The notes under the pieces are model-generated. The model worked only from the letters and a program-made list of their open reading frames with translations, ran no database searches and had not been told where the DNA came from. Both the position numbers and the translations under genes were made by a program. From a virus, in IMG/VR virus record IMGVR_UViG_3300045988_101878, positions 11,226-75,225 of that record: a DNA stretch of 64,000 nucleotides; one strand, 5' to 3'. Of this stretch, positions 30,604-37,717 are shown piece by piece. Each line of letters starts with the position of its first letter. The stretch's first letter is position 1.

Positions 30604-31804
30604 TGTATGTCAATTCATTATTTGGTTCGGTCTTTGTTGCATAATAAATACTGTTGGAGCCTGTTATATATAGGAAATTTCCGCTTACAGTGTCACGGAA
30701 ACATGGAACACCATCCTTTAACACTGGCTTGAGTTCAATAACAGCAACTCCATCTTTCTCCAAGCGGAAACTATACATGTCAACTCGCTCATGTACAAAA
30801 CTGCTATTGTTATTTGAAAACAACATTACAGGAGTTGTAGAGGGAGTTCTTGTACCATTTGGAGTAATTGTTGCAGCACTTCCGTCAACAGTAAACTCAC
30901 AACTGTATTGTGAAATGGTAAATTCCACAACTCCGTTAACTACGGCAGTTGTTCTTGCCTGTCTAAATGGTAATGTTGCAGAAAATATCTTTTCTTTGTA
31001 TGTGTTGCCTATACTGCAAGTTTTGCCGTCATGCAATATAAATTGTCTTGCTGCCGTCGATTGGTTGCTTGCAGCAGGTAGTTTTGCCTTCAAGATTAAT
31101 TTCTGACCATTTTCCATTATTGTGTTGGTCAGAAGGTAATTACCACCCTTCGTGCCTATATATTCAAGTTCTGTATCTTGCACCTCATAGAATACCACGC
31201 TCACCACCTTCTTAGCGGTTACAGACGCATTATACTTGCTAACTGCTTTTATTGTTACGCTGCCACTGCCTTTAACGGTTAGCGTACCAATTGAATCTAT
31301 CGTTGCATACTCTCCACCACTTTCCAGGCTCCATGTGACTCCCTTTTGGGTTGTGTTTGTTGGTGTATAATCCACACTGTATGTCGCCTTGTTGCTTGCC
31401 GTATTCACAGTGTCTGATCCAGATATAGCTATTGACTCTACTTCAACACCCTCTTGCACCTCATTAAATACCACGCTCACCACCTTCTTAGCGGTTACAG
31501 CCGCATTATGCTTACTAACTGCTTTTATAGTTACGCTGCCACTGCCTTTAACAGTTAGCGTACCAATTGAGTCTATCGTTGCATACTCTCCGCCACTTTC
31601 CAGGCTCCATGTAACTCCCTTTTGGGTTGTGTTTATTGGTGTATAGGCCACACTGTATGTCGCCTTGTTGCTTGAAGTATTCACAGTGTCTGAACCAGAT
31701 ATAGCTATTGACTCTACTTCAACAGCAACATCCCCACCAGCTAATGTCACTTTACCGAGGTTTTCCGTAAAAACCACTCCAGGAATTATTATTGCTACTC
31801 CCAT
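30596..31804 (-). CDS. virion protein with two tandem Big_2-type Ig-like domains plus a C-terminal domain
   Basis: 402 aa. Two ~92-aa near-identical repeats: VEVESIAISGSDTVNT.SNKATYSV.YTP.NTTQKGVTWSLESGGEYATIDSIGTLTVKGSGSVTIKAVSK. Confidence 0.7.
   Translation of the reverse strand: MGVAIIIPGVVFTENLGKVTLAGGDVAVEVESIAISGSDTVNTSSNKATYSVAYTPINTTQKGVTWSLESGGEYATIDSIGTLTVKGSGSVTIKAVSKHNAAVTAKKVVSVVFNEVQEGVEVESIAISGSDTVNTASNKATYSVDYTPTNTTQKGVTWSLESGGEYATIDSIGTLTVKGSGSVTIKAVSKYNASVTAKKVVSVVFYEVQDTELEYIGTKGGNYLLTNTIMENGQKLILKAKLPAASNQSTAARQFILHDGKTCSIGNTYKEKIFSATLPFRQARTTAVVNGVVEFTISQYSCEFTVDGSAATITPNGTRTPSTTPVMLFSNNNSSFVHERVDMYSFRLEKDGVAVIELKPVLKDGVPCFRDTVSGNFLYITGSNSIYYATKTEPNNELTYNG
31181..31732 (-). 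repeat. intragenic tandem duplication (2 x 276 bp) encoding the two Big_2 domains
   Basis: The copies start at 31181 and 31457. I counted about 16 substitutions by eye across the aligned ~270 nt. Confidence 0.8.
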
Positions 31805-31823
31805 AATCTATATTTCTTTTATT

Positions 31824-32192
31824 TTACATTGTTACAATTTCAGGCACATTAATGGCATGCAGCCCTGTGCTGTCAATATAGCAGCCGATGTTGTAATTCT
31901 CATCCACCAGAAACAGACCGTTTTCTACCACTGAGACACTTTCTAAAAGTGAACCTAATAGCGATTTGAAATGAGTTGACGCTTTGGCGGCATCCAAGCC
32001 CTCCGTGTCATACTTCATCACAATGTTCCCCTCACTATCACACACAGCAAGTCCTTCCTCATTGGTCTCCGCAAGTCCATTTCCTGCTTTTATTACCACT
32101 GTTTTTATTACCTCTGAGTTTATAAGTGTCTTTGTGTTATCCACAAGTCTTGCCACACCATTCTCATCTATAAGTTTTGCCAGTTTTGCCAT
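31824..32192 (-). CDS. hypothetical virion protein
   Basis: 122-aa ORF in the virion operon. Confidence 0.5.
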   Translation of the reverse strand: MAKLAKLIDENGVARLVDNTKTLINSEVIKTVVIKAGNGLAETNEEGLAVCDSEGNIVMKYDTEGLDAAKASTHFKSLLGSLLESVSVVENGLFLVDENYNIGCYIDSTGLHAINVPEIVTM

Positions 32193-32204
32193 TCTTGCTC
32201 CTCC

Positions 32205-32762
32205 TTATTCAAATAAAGTGTCTATCTCGCTGTCGCTGATGATGCCTATCGTATTAGTCATTACATTGTTTGTCCAATCGTCCGAACCTTTCTTCCATTT
32301 CGACCATGTACCCCTCTTTAATCCATCTATAGGATTTGCCATAGAGCGGTTGTAGAAACGGTAGTATCTATACAATTTGCCGTCAGCGTGCGAATCAAAC
32401 GTAAGTGTCCCCTCTGTAGGTCCTTCACCTTCTTCGAGAATGTAATTAGTTATTAATACTTCCGTCAACTGATGTCCCATAGCATCAGAGAAAATATCAA
32501 GAATGCCAATTGGTACTGCACATTTCTTTACATTTGATATAACCCTGTATCTGGAAGGTTTCTCTCCAGCAACAAAAGCATCAATTTGTCCATTCAAGTC
32601 AATGTCAGCAGCCGCCATGTCGGCATTGTGACATATTGACTTTAATATACTTTTAAGAGTATCGTCAAGTTTGCTGTAGCCTATGCATCCATCGCTTAAG
32701 TCGTCAGCCTTAATGAGAGGCACCATTGTACCCAACTTAGTGTCTTCTTTAAATGTAGGCAT
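32205..32762 (-). CDS. protein consisting of the shared fibre N-terminal domain
   Basis: 185 aa. Paralogous to the N-terminus of 27291..28457. Confidence 0.55.
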   Translation of the reverse strand: MPTFKEDTKLGTMVPLIKADDLSDGCIGYSKLDDTLKSILKSICHNADMAAADIDLNGQIDAFVAGEKPSRYRVISNVKKCAVPIGILDIFSDAMGHQLTEVLITNYILEEGEGPTEGTLTFDSHADGKLYRYYRFYNRSMANPIDGLKRGTWSKWKKGSDDWTNNVMTNTIGIISDSEIDTLFE

Positions 32763-33051
32763 ATTTCACCTCCTTTGGTTCTGTTGATGTAAAAATCTTA
32801 ATACCTACGCTTTCGGGTAATACAATAATGCGAAGTTTAAAAATCCTCATATCCTTGTGCCTTTTAATCGGTACTCTTGGAAATTTCCCGTCTTGCGTAC
32901 GTTGTCTAATAACCAACTTGCCGGGTTTATTTAGTGTTACCATCAGATATATATCCCTCTTTAATACCACCTCCGCTGTTTCCCACGCAAGTTCCTCCTT
33001 GTTGTAGATTGCTGTTAGCTTCTCCATATAGTTACTGTTGTTTATTGCCAA
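32749..33051 (-). CDS. hypothetical virion protein
   Basis: 100-aa ORF overlapping both neighbours by a few codons. Confidence 0.5.
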   Translation of the reverse strand: MAINNSNYMEKLTAIYNKEELAWETAEVVLKRDIYLMVTLNKPGKLVIRQRTQDGKFPRVPIKRHKDMRIFKLRIIVLPESVGIKIFTSTEPKEVKYAYI

Positions 33052-33682
33052 CCATCTGCATTGCTACAGCTAACATGCTTTGCGCTCTTGCATCTTGATA
33101 GGCTGTAAGTAAAAGATAAGCTATATAATAAATAAATGCCGCTTGCAATGTACTTGCTATGCTAACATCATTCTCGTCTGACTCAGTATCAATGTCTGAA
33201 CCAACCCCTATGTAGGACAACTCTACATTTTCTCCTTTCGAAAATGGTTGTATCAGTATTCTTACGGGGGTCCCTTGTAAGACTGTCGCAAGAGGTCTCT
33301 CCACGTTTCCCCTGGCCGTCTCGTCAAACATCATGCTTGCATCGTTGTCGGTATCGTCAACAGGAATTGCAGCCTTATGCCATCCGTTCATCCTTACTCT
33401 GCTAATGCTTGTTGGTGATATACCACTTAGTAGCGTGACAAGTCCAACGTCATTAAAGTTTTCTACACCATCATATTGCTGAACGGTTAGTTCTTGTTTT
33501 TCTGATGAAAGACTCTCACACTGCCCAGACACTACGGCGAGCCATCGGCGTGCGTCGTTGATTTTAGCGCGGATGATATTATCCATGTAGGAGTCCTCGC
33601 CGTTGTCGGCAAGCTTGGCATCCTCATGAGTCTCGTGGTCGATGCACCATTTTACTTTGTTGATGATTTCGGAGATAGTCAT
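33032..33682 (-). CDS. hypothetical virion (head-completion/connector region) protein
   Basis: 216-aa ORF. The role is suggested only by position downstream of the capsid gene. Confidence 0.5.
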   Translation of the reverse strand: MTISEIINKVKWCIDHETHEDAKLADNGEDSYMDNIIRAKINDARRWLAVVSGQCESLSSEKQELTVQQYDGVENFNDVGLVTLLSGISPTSISRVRMNGWHKAAIPVDDTDNDASMMFDETARGNVERPLATVLQGTPVRILIQPFSKGENVELSYIGVGSDIDTESDENDVSIASTLQAAFIYYIAYLLLTAYQDARAQSMLAVAMQMVGNKQQ

Positions 33683-33700
33683 AACTAATGCTTTAAGGGA

Positions 33701-34120
33701 TTACTCACCAACTGAGTAATTGGGGAAGGCAATACCTTTCTGAGCGGCGAAAACAAGAGCCTTGGCAGGGTCGGTGAACTTCTTGGAATAGTTGGTATTG
33801 ACGTAAACAAGAAGCTCGTCGGGGGTGGTGACTGAATCGACACTATCCTCCTGCTTCTTGGGCGTTGGCTCGGGAGTCGGGACGGGGTCGATGTCGTCGG
33901 AGGTTTTGATTTCGCGGACCAACACCACTGTACCGGACTTGAAAAGCTCACTGTCCTCAAGAAGGTCTTGATAATACTTACCCTTAAGAGAGATTTCGGG
34001 ACAAGTGCCAGCAATGACGTTGCCACCTGTGAACTCGTAGCGAACCTTGTTGCCACCTGCGCCAACAAGAACATGAGAAACGTTGTTGCGAACCTGTTTT
34101 AATCTATATATCTTAATCAT
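33701..34120 (-). CDS. hypothetical virion protein (possible head decoration)
   Basis: I trimmed the track ORF 33701..34159 to the ATG at 34120, because the upstream ATG lies in the loop of a 16-bp hairpin. Confidence 0.5.
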   Translation of the reverse strand: MIKIYRLKQVRNNVSHVLVGAGGNKVRYEFTGGNVIAGTCPEISLKGKYYQDLLEDSELFKSGTVVLVREIKTSDDIDPVPTPEPTPKKQEDSVDSVTTPDELLVYVNTNYSKKFTDPAKALVFAAQKGIAFPNYSVGE

Positions 34121-34139
34121 TACGTTTTGGAATTTTAAA

Positions 34140-34194
34140 GATAAGCCTCGCTGAGACATTAGCGAGCAAAGCCGTTGCTCAGCGAGGACTTATC
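34140..34194 (-). terminator. strong stem-loop downstream of the capsid gene (attenuating terminator candidate)
   Basis: GATAAGCCTCGCTGAG (34140-34155) pairs with CTCAGCGAGGACTTATC (34178-34194). On the minus strand it is followed by CTTTAAAATT. Confidence 0.45.
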
Positions 34195-34229
34195 GGGACA
34201 ACTAATTTATTACGGAAATAAAATAATCT

Positions 34230-35915
34230 TTAGACAGCTACGTCCTGGCCCTTGTAGAGTTCCCACTTGGTGCCATTGTAGTAGTAGACGGTACCCTTGT
34301 CGTACTGAACATCATCAGAAGTGTAGTCTTCGGTAAGGGCAACCTTCATTCCGTTGGACGGAGTTTCGGGGAACTTAGGAGCAGAGGTGATAGTCTGAAG
34401 AGTAGACATGCCAAGCTTAGAAATCTTATCCTCAGGACCAACAAGCACAGAGTTGTAGCCACGGAGAGCGATACAGTCAGCCTCCTCGTGAATCCAACGC
34501 TTAGCGTCGCGGATAGCACCTGCACCCTTAGACATGTCGTTGGTGCGCTCCTTATTGGCAACACGCACGTAGCGACGACTCGCCTTAAGGTCGATGATAA
34601 CGGCAAAGTCCTCCATGTGCATAAGGTCGAGAGTCTGATCCCAAACAACATCGAAAACGCCGAAAGTATCCTTGATACGCTTGAAGGTAAGGTCGAACTC
34701 GTCGTGATTGATGATGTCGTTCTTGCTATCCTTTTCAATCTTCATCTTCTCCATGCGCTCGATGAAGTTCTTGCCAGCGAAGACGTAAGCGTGGTTGTTC
34801 TCGGCAAAGTCGGTGAACTGAAGCTTAGAGAGAGCAATCCAGTCGGACCACTGCTGAACGTCTCCGATAGCATAGGCATTGGTAAGCTGAGGCAGAATGC
34901 CATCTGCAATGTAAACGTCCTCTACAGCACCGTCCTCGGTGAGCACTTTGAAGCGTCGCTTAACACCAAGCCAGTAAGAACGCTCAGCGCGGAGGTTGTA
35001 CTTCATTATAGCATCAGCCTTGAGGTCTTTGACGGTGATAGGCACCTTGGTCTGCACCTTCTCGAAGTCGGTAGTAAAGAGAATATTGAGCAGCTTCTTC
35101 TGCACACAAACCTCCTTCTCGCGAGGCTGCATGTTCTCAGGAGGAACCATAAGCTGAGACTCGCTTGCAGCTGTTGCGCCAACGAGGAATGTTGAACCAG
35201 AAGGAATGTCGGGGCAGGTCATGCTGTCAAGGTCGTCGGCAGGAGTGCCATTGTTCTTAGCCTTGCCGTTGGTAGCCTGGAGAGTGACCTTCTTGCCGTT
35301 AGACTCGATAACGTAAAGCTGAAGCATACCCTCGCGCACGGTATTAGAACCTTCCTTGTAGCCCTCAACGTCGGGAACGTAGACAGTAGAGCACTTGTAG
35401 AACGGACGGAGAGAACCAGAGAAGTTGGTAGAGTTAAGCTCGATGGTGTCGCCACCAGTGATTTCGGCAGTAGTCTTACCATCGAGAGTCTCGCCACCGA
35501 TGCGCATGTGTTTGTGAGTCCAGTTCTTGATAGGAACCTTAGTGGCAACCTGTCGGGCGATACTGAGAAGCGGAGTCTTGTAGGGGTAGAATTTGACAAT
35601 GTTATTATCCCACTCATCGTCAATCATGTCACCCTCTTTGAGCTGGGTGGATGAAGCCTGAGTTCCCGTCAAATCCTGACCATCCTTTTTGCCACCGGGA
35701 CTATTGAGGTCGCTCTTGCCAGCCTCAACGTGTTCGTGTTCAGCAACCTCAGCAGAGGTTGCGGGAGTGTTGCCCTCATCGCCAATCTGAGGCGCAACAT
35801 TGTCGCCAACAGCCATGAGCGACGAGCCGCCAGTTACAACGGATAGAAGCATGAGGAAGAGCCACATGAGGATACGTCCGCTTTTGATGTAATTGATAAA
35901 ATGATTCTTTTTCAT
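34230..35915 (-). CDS. putative major capsid protein
   Basis: 561 aa. Called from its size and its position directly after an acidic scaffold-like gene and before a strong hairpin. No strong motif. The start is uncertain because of the hydrophobic N-terminus. Confidence 0.5.
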   Translation of the reverse strand: MKKNHFINYIKSGRILMWLFLMLLSVVTGGSSLMAVGDNVAPQIGDEGNTPATSAEVAEHEHVEAGKSDLNSPGGKKDGQDLTGTQASSTQLKEGDMIDDEWDNNIVKFYPYKTPLLSIARQVATKVPIKNWTHKHMRIGGETLDGKTTAEITGGDTIELNSTNFSGSLRPFYKCSTVYVPDVEGYKEGSNTVREGMLQLYVIESNGKKVTLQATNGKAKNNGTPADDLDSMTCPDIPSGSTFLVGATAASESQLMVPPENMQPREKEVCVQKKLLNILFTTDFEKVQTKVPITVKDLKADAIMKYNLRAERSYWLGVKRRFKVLTEDGAVEDVYIADGILPQLTNAYAIGDVQQWSDWIALSKLQFTDFAENNHAYVFAGKNFIERMEKMKIEKDSKNDIINHDEFDLTFKRIKDTFGVFDVVWDQTLDLMHMEDFAVIIDLKASRRYVRVANKERTNDMSKGAGAIRDAKRWIHEEADCIALRGYNSVLVGPEDKISKLGMSTLQTITSAPKFPETPSNGMKVALTEDYTSDDVQYDKGTVYYYNGTKWELYKGQDVAV

Positions 35916-35962
35916 TTAATGATATTTAAAAAGTTAATGATAAACGTTATAGTTGTTCTAAG

Positions 35963-35980
35963 AGGACTAAGAAGTTCTAT
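35963..35980. repeat. 18-mer AGGACTAAGAAGTTCTAT (copy 1)
   Basis: An exact copy lies at 44270-44287. Both copies are in short intergenic spacers just upstream of large structural genes. Confidence 0.5.
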
Positions 35981-35996
35981 TTTTGTGGAAGAACTA

Positions 35997-36758
35997 TTAG
36001 ACTAAGCCATCCCAGAAGCTACTGGTCTTCTTTTTGGTGGTGGAAGCACCACCGTTGGTACTGAGAGAAGGAGGAATGTCGTTCTTCTCGGAACGCTTGA
36101 CCTTGTTCTGAATCTTCTCGTTGCGTCCCTGCATAGCACCTTCCTCGCGAGCGGAAGCCACATCGGCGTCGTAGTTTTGGGCGTTCTTGAAGAGTTGCCA
36201 TGTCTCGGTGGAGACAATGCCGTTCTCAGCGTCGCCGATAACCTTGAAGAACTTTTCCCAAAGGTCGGCTTTGGCATCGTCGTCGAGACCAAGCTGCTCC
36301 ATAGCGTCGGCAGACTTCTGAAGATTGGAGACAAGTTCCTGCTCGTGACTATCCTCGTCGGCCTTCTTCTGCTGGAAGTCGGCAATCTGCTGAGCAACCT
36401 TCTTGCCCATTTCCTCGTCCTGCATAGCAGCACCGATGTCGATGCCCTGAGAAGCCATCCACAGGATAGGGTTAAGGTCGGGATTCTTTTTGAGGTCCAT
36501 AGCCATAGCTGCAAGCCAACGGTTGTTGTCGAACATTTCACTGAGAGCCTTGCCGTCCTCCTCGTAGCGAGCGAGAGCGTCGGCATCGTCGTTCATTGCG
36601 CCGTAGCGAGCCTCCTTATCCTCAAAGTCGATGTCCTTGTGGCGTTTGGCAAAACGCTCGGAGAAAGCCTTGCGGTTGGGGCGGTCGTCCACGGGAGGAG
36701 CTGTAGCCGCTTCCTGCGACTGAGCTTCGGTCTTAATTTCTTTATTTTCTTCTGCCAT
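35997..36758 (-). CDS. putative scaffolding protein
   Basis: 253 aa, acidic, helical and coiled-coil-like, immediately upstream of the capsid candidate. Confidence 0.5.
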   Translation of the reverse strand: MAEENKEIKTEAQSQEAATAPPVDDRPNRKAFSERFAKRHKDIDFEDKEARYGAMNDDADALARYEEDGKALSEMFDNNRWLAAMAMDLKKNPDLNPILWMASQGIDIGAAMQDEEMGKKVAQQIADFQQKKADEDSHEQELVSNLQKSADAMEQLGLDDDAKADLWEKFFKVIGDAENGIVSTETWQLFKNAQNYDADVASAREEGAMQGRNEKIQNKVKRSEKNDIPPSLSTNGGASTTKKKTSSFWDGLV

Positions 36759-36780
36759 ATCTTATATATAATAAGGTGTA

Positions 36781-37560
36781 TTATTCTTTACCAAACAACA
36801 GACTGAAGACCTGGCGTCCTTTCGGAGTAATCAGTGTCTGCATACCTGCCCACTTATCGCCTCCAGCGCACTCCTTTATAATGAACAACTCGCCTGTATA
36901 TCTGGCGTATGGTTTTATTTTGCCTTTAACATCGCGGTAGACATATTGCGCGTCGAGGAGTTTGCTGATAAAATCATTCTGCTTCAAGCCAATCTCTTTT
37001 GCGGTGTCGCGGAAGTTGGTGTTAAGCTTACGGTCAACAAGACGGTCGAAGTACTCCACCTTTGGCTTCTGCTCCTCAATCTTCTCCACCAACTTCTGAC
37101 GTTCCTTTTCTTCCTCAATCCACTTTTCGGCTCGCTTGATAGGGTCGGAGATTTGATAAGAAGGTGTCGCCGCCTGGCTTATCTGCTGTTCCATAGCATT
37201 GAAGGCCTTGATGTATTCGAGTTTGAAGGCAAGTGCTTTTTCTCCAGTGAATCCCATTGCAAGCAAAGTGAAGCCGTCGCGGTTCATAACGAACATGGGT
37301 ACTTTCTTCACGCCACCTCCAACAGGCATTGGCTGTTCTACCTCCACAAGAGCAAACATCTTTGTAAGTTGCTGACTAACAACGAAAGCCGATTTTTCGG
37401 CTGTCGTGTTAAGTAAATTTCGAATGGCATCTAACACATGCTTGTGTTCCTTACCAAACTTCTTTGCCACCATCAAGCTTGTTGTTAACGCCTGTCCGTT
37501 CGTGCCCTTATACACAAGCTCGAGGCTTTCAGGGTTCTCGAAATTCTTTTTCTCTTCCAT
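36781..37560 (-). CDS. Rha-family regulator fused to a KilAC/ANT antirepressor C-terminal domain
   Basis: 259 aa. GQALTTSLMVAKKFGKEHKHVLDAIRNLL matches the Rha pattern. The C-terminus FRDTAKEIGLKQNDFISKLLDAQYVYRD is KilAC-like. Confidence 0.8.
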   Translation of the reverse strand: MEEKKNFENPESLELVYKGTNGQALTTSLMVAKKFGKEHKHVLDAIRNLLNTTAEKSAFVVSQQLTKMFALVEVEQPMPVGGGVKKVPMFVMNRDGFTLLAMGFTGEKALAFKLEYIKAFNAMEQQISQAATPSYQISDPIKRAEKWIEEEKERQKLVEKIEEQKPKVEYFDRLVDRKLNTNFRDTAKEIGLKQNDFISKLLDAQYVYRDVKGKIKPYARYTGELFIIKECAGGDKWAGMQTLITPKGRQVFSLLFGKE

Positions 37561-37616
37561 TTCCTTAATATTTTAGTTTACGCTTGCGAATATCCCAATT
37601 TTTTACGTCCGTTTTT

Positions 37617-37629
37617 CCGTGTTTCGTCC
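37617..37629 (-). promoter_or_regulatory. late-box, minus orientation (towards the Rha/virion operon)
   Basis: CCGTGTTTCGTCC is the reverse complement of GGACGAAACACGG. It forms a perfect 13-bp inverted repeat with 37645-37657. No clean -7 box is found at the expected offset on this side. Confidence 0.4.
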
Positions 37630-37644
37630 CTTGTATATGCGGAC

Positions 37645-37687
37645 GGACGAAACACGGCATTTTGCGACTGCATTTAGCGTATTTTTG
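37645..37687 (+). promoter_or_regulatory. late-box (GGACGAAACACGGCATTT) plus -7 box TATTTTTG upstream of the portal gene
   Basis: The box starts at 37645 and the -7 box lies at 37680-37687 (offset 35). The ATG is at 37718. Confidence 0.55.
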
Positions 37688-37717
37688 CGCTGATAGACAA
37701 AGACATTAGATAAAAAT

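Noticed and set aside
31181-31732. Diversity-generating retroelement (template/variable repeat) as the explanation for the two near-identical 276-bp repeats.
   Set aside because: The differences are not adenine-specific; they are transitions in both directions plus transversions. The repeats are adjacent in-frame domains of one gene, and no reverse transcriptase is present in the window.
33685-36586. Alternative-frame ORFs overlapping structural genes (33685-34074, 34346-34738, 34488-35195, 35219-35623, 36002-36586, 36177-36806).
   Set aside because: They are S/T/R/L/P-rich translations with no paralogy, no independent start context and no conservation signal. This contrasts with the RHH pair at 14965-15345, which shows internal paralogy and a recognisable fold pattern.
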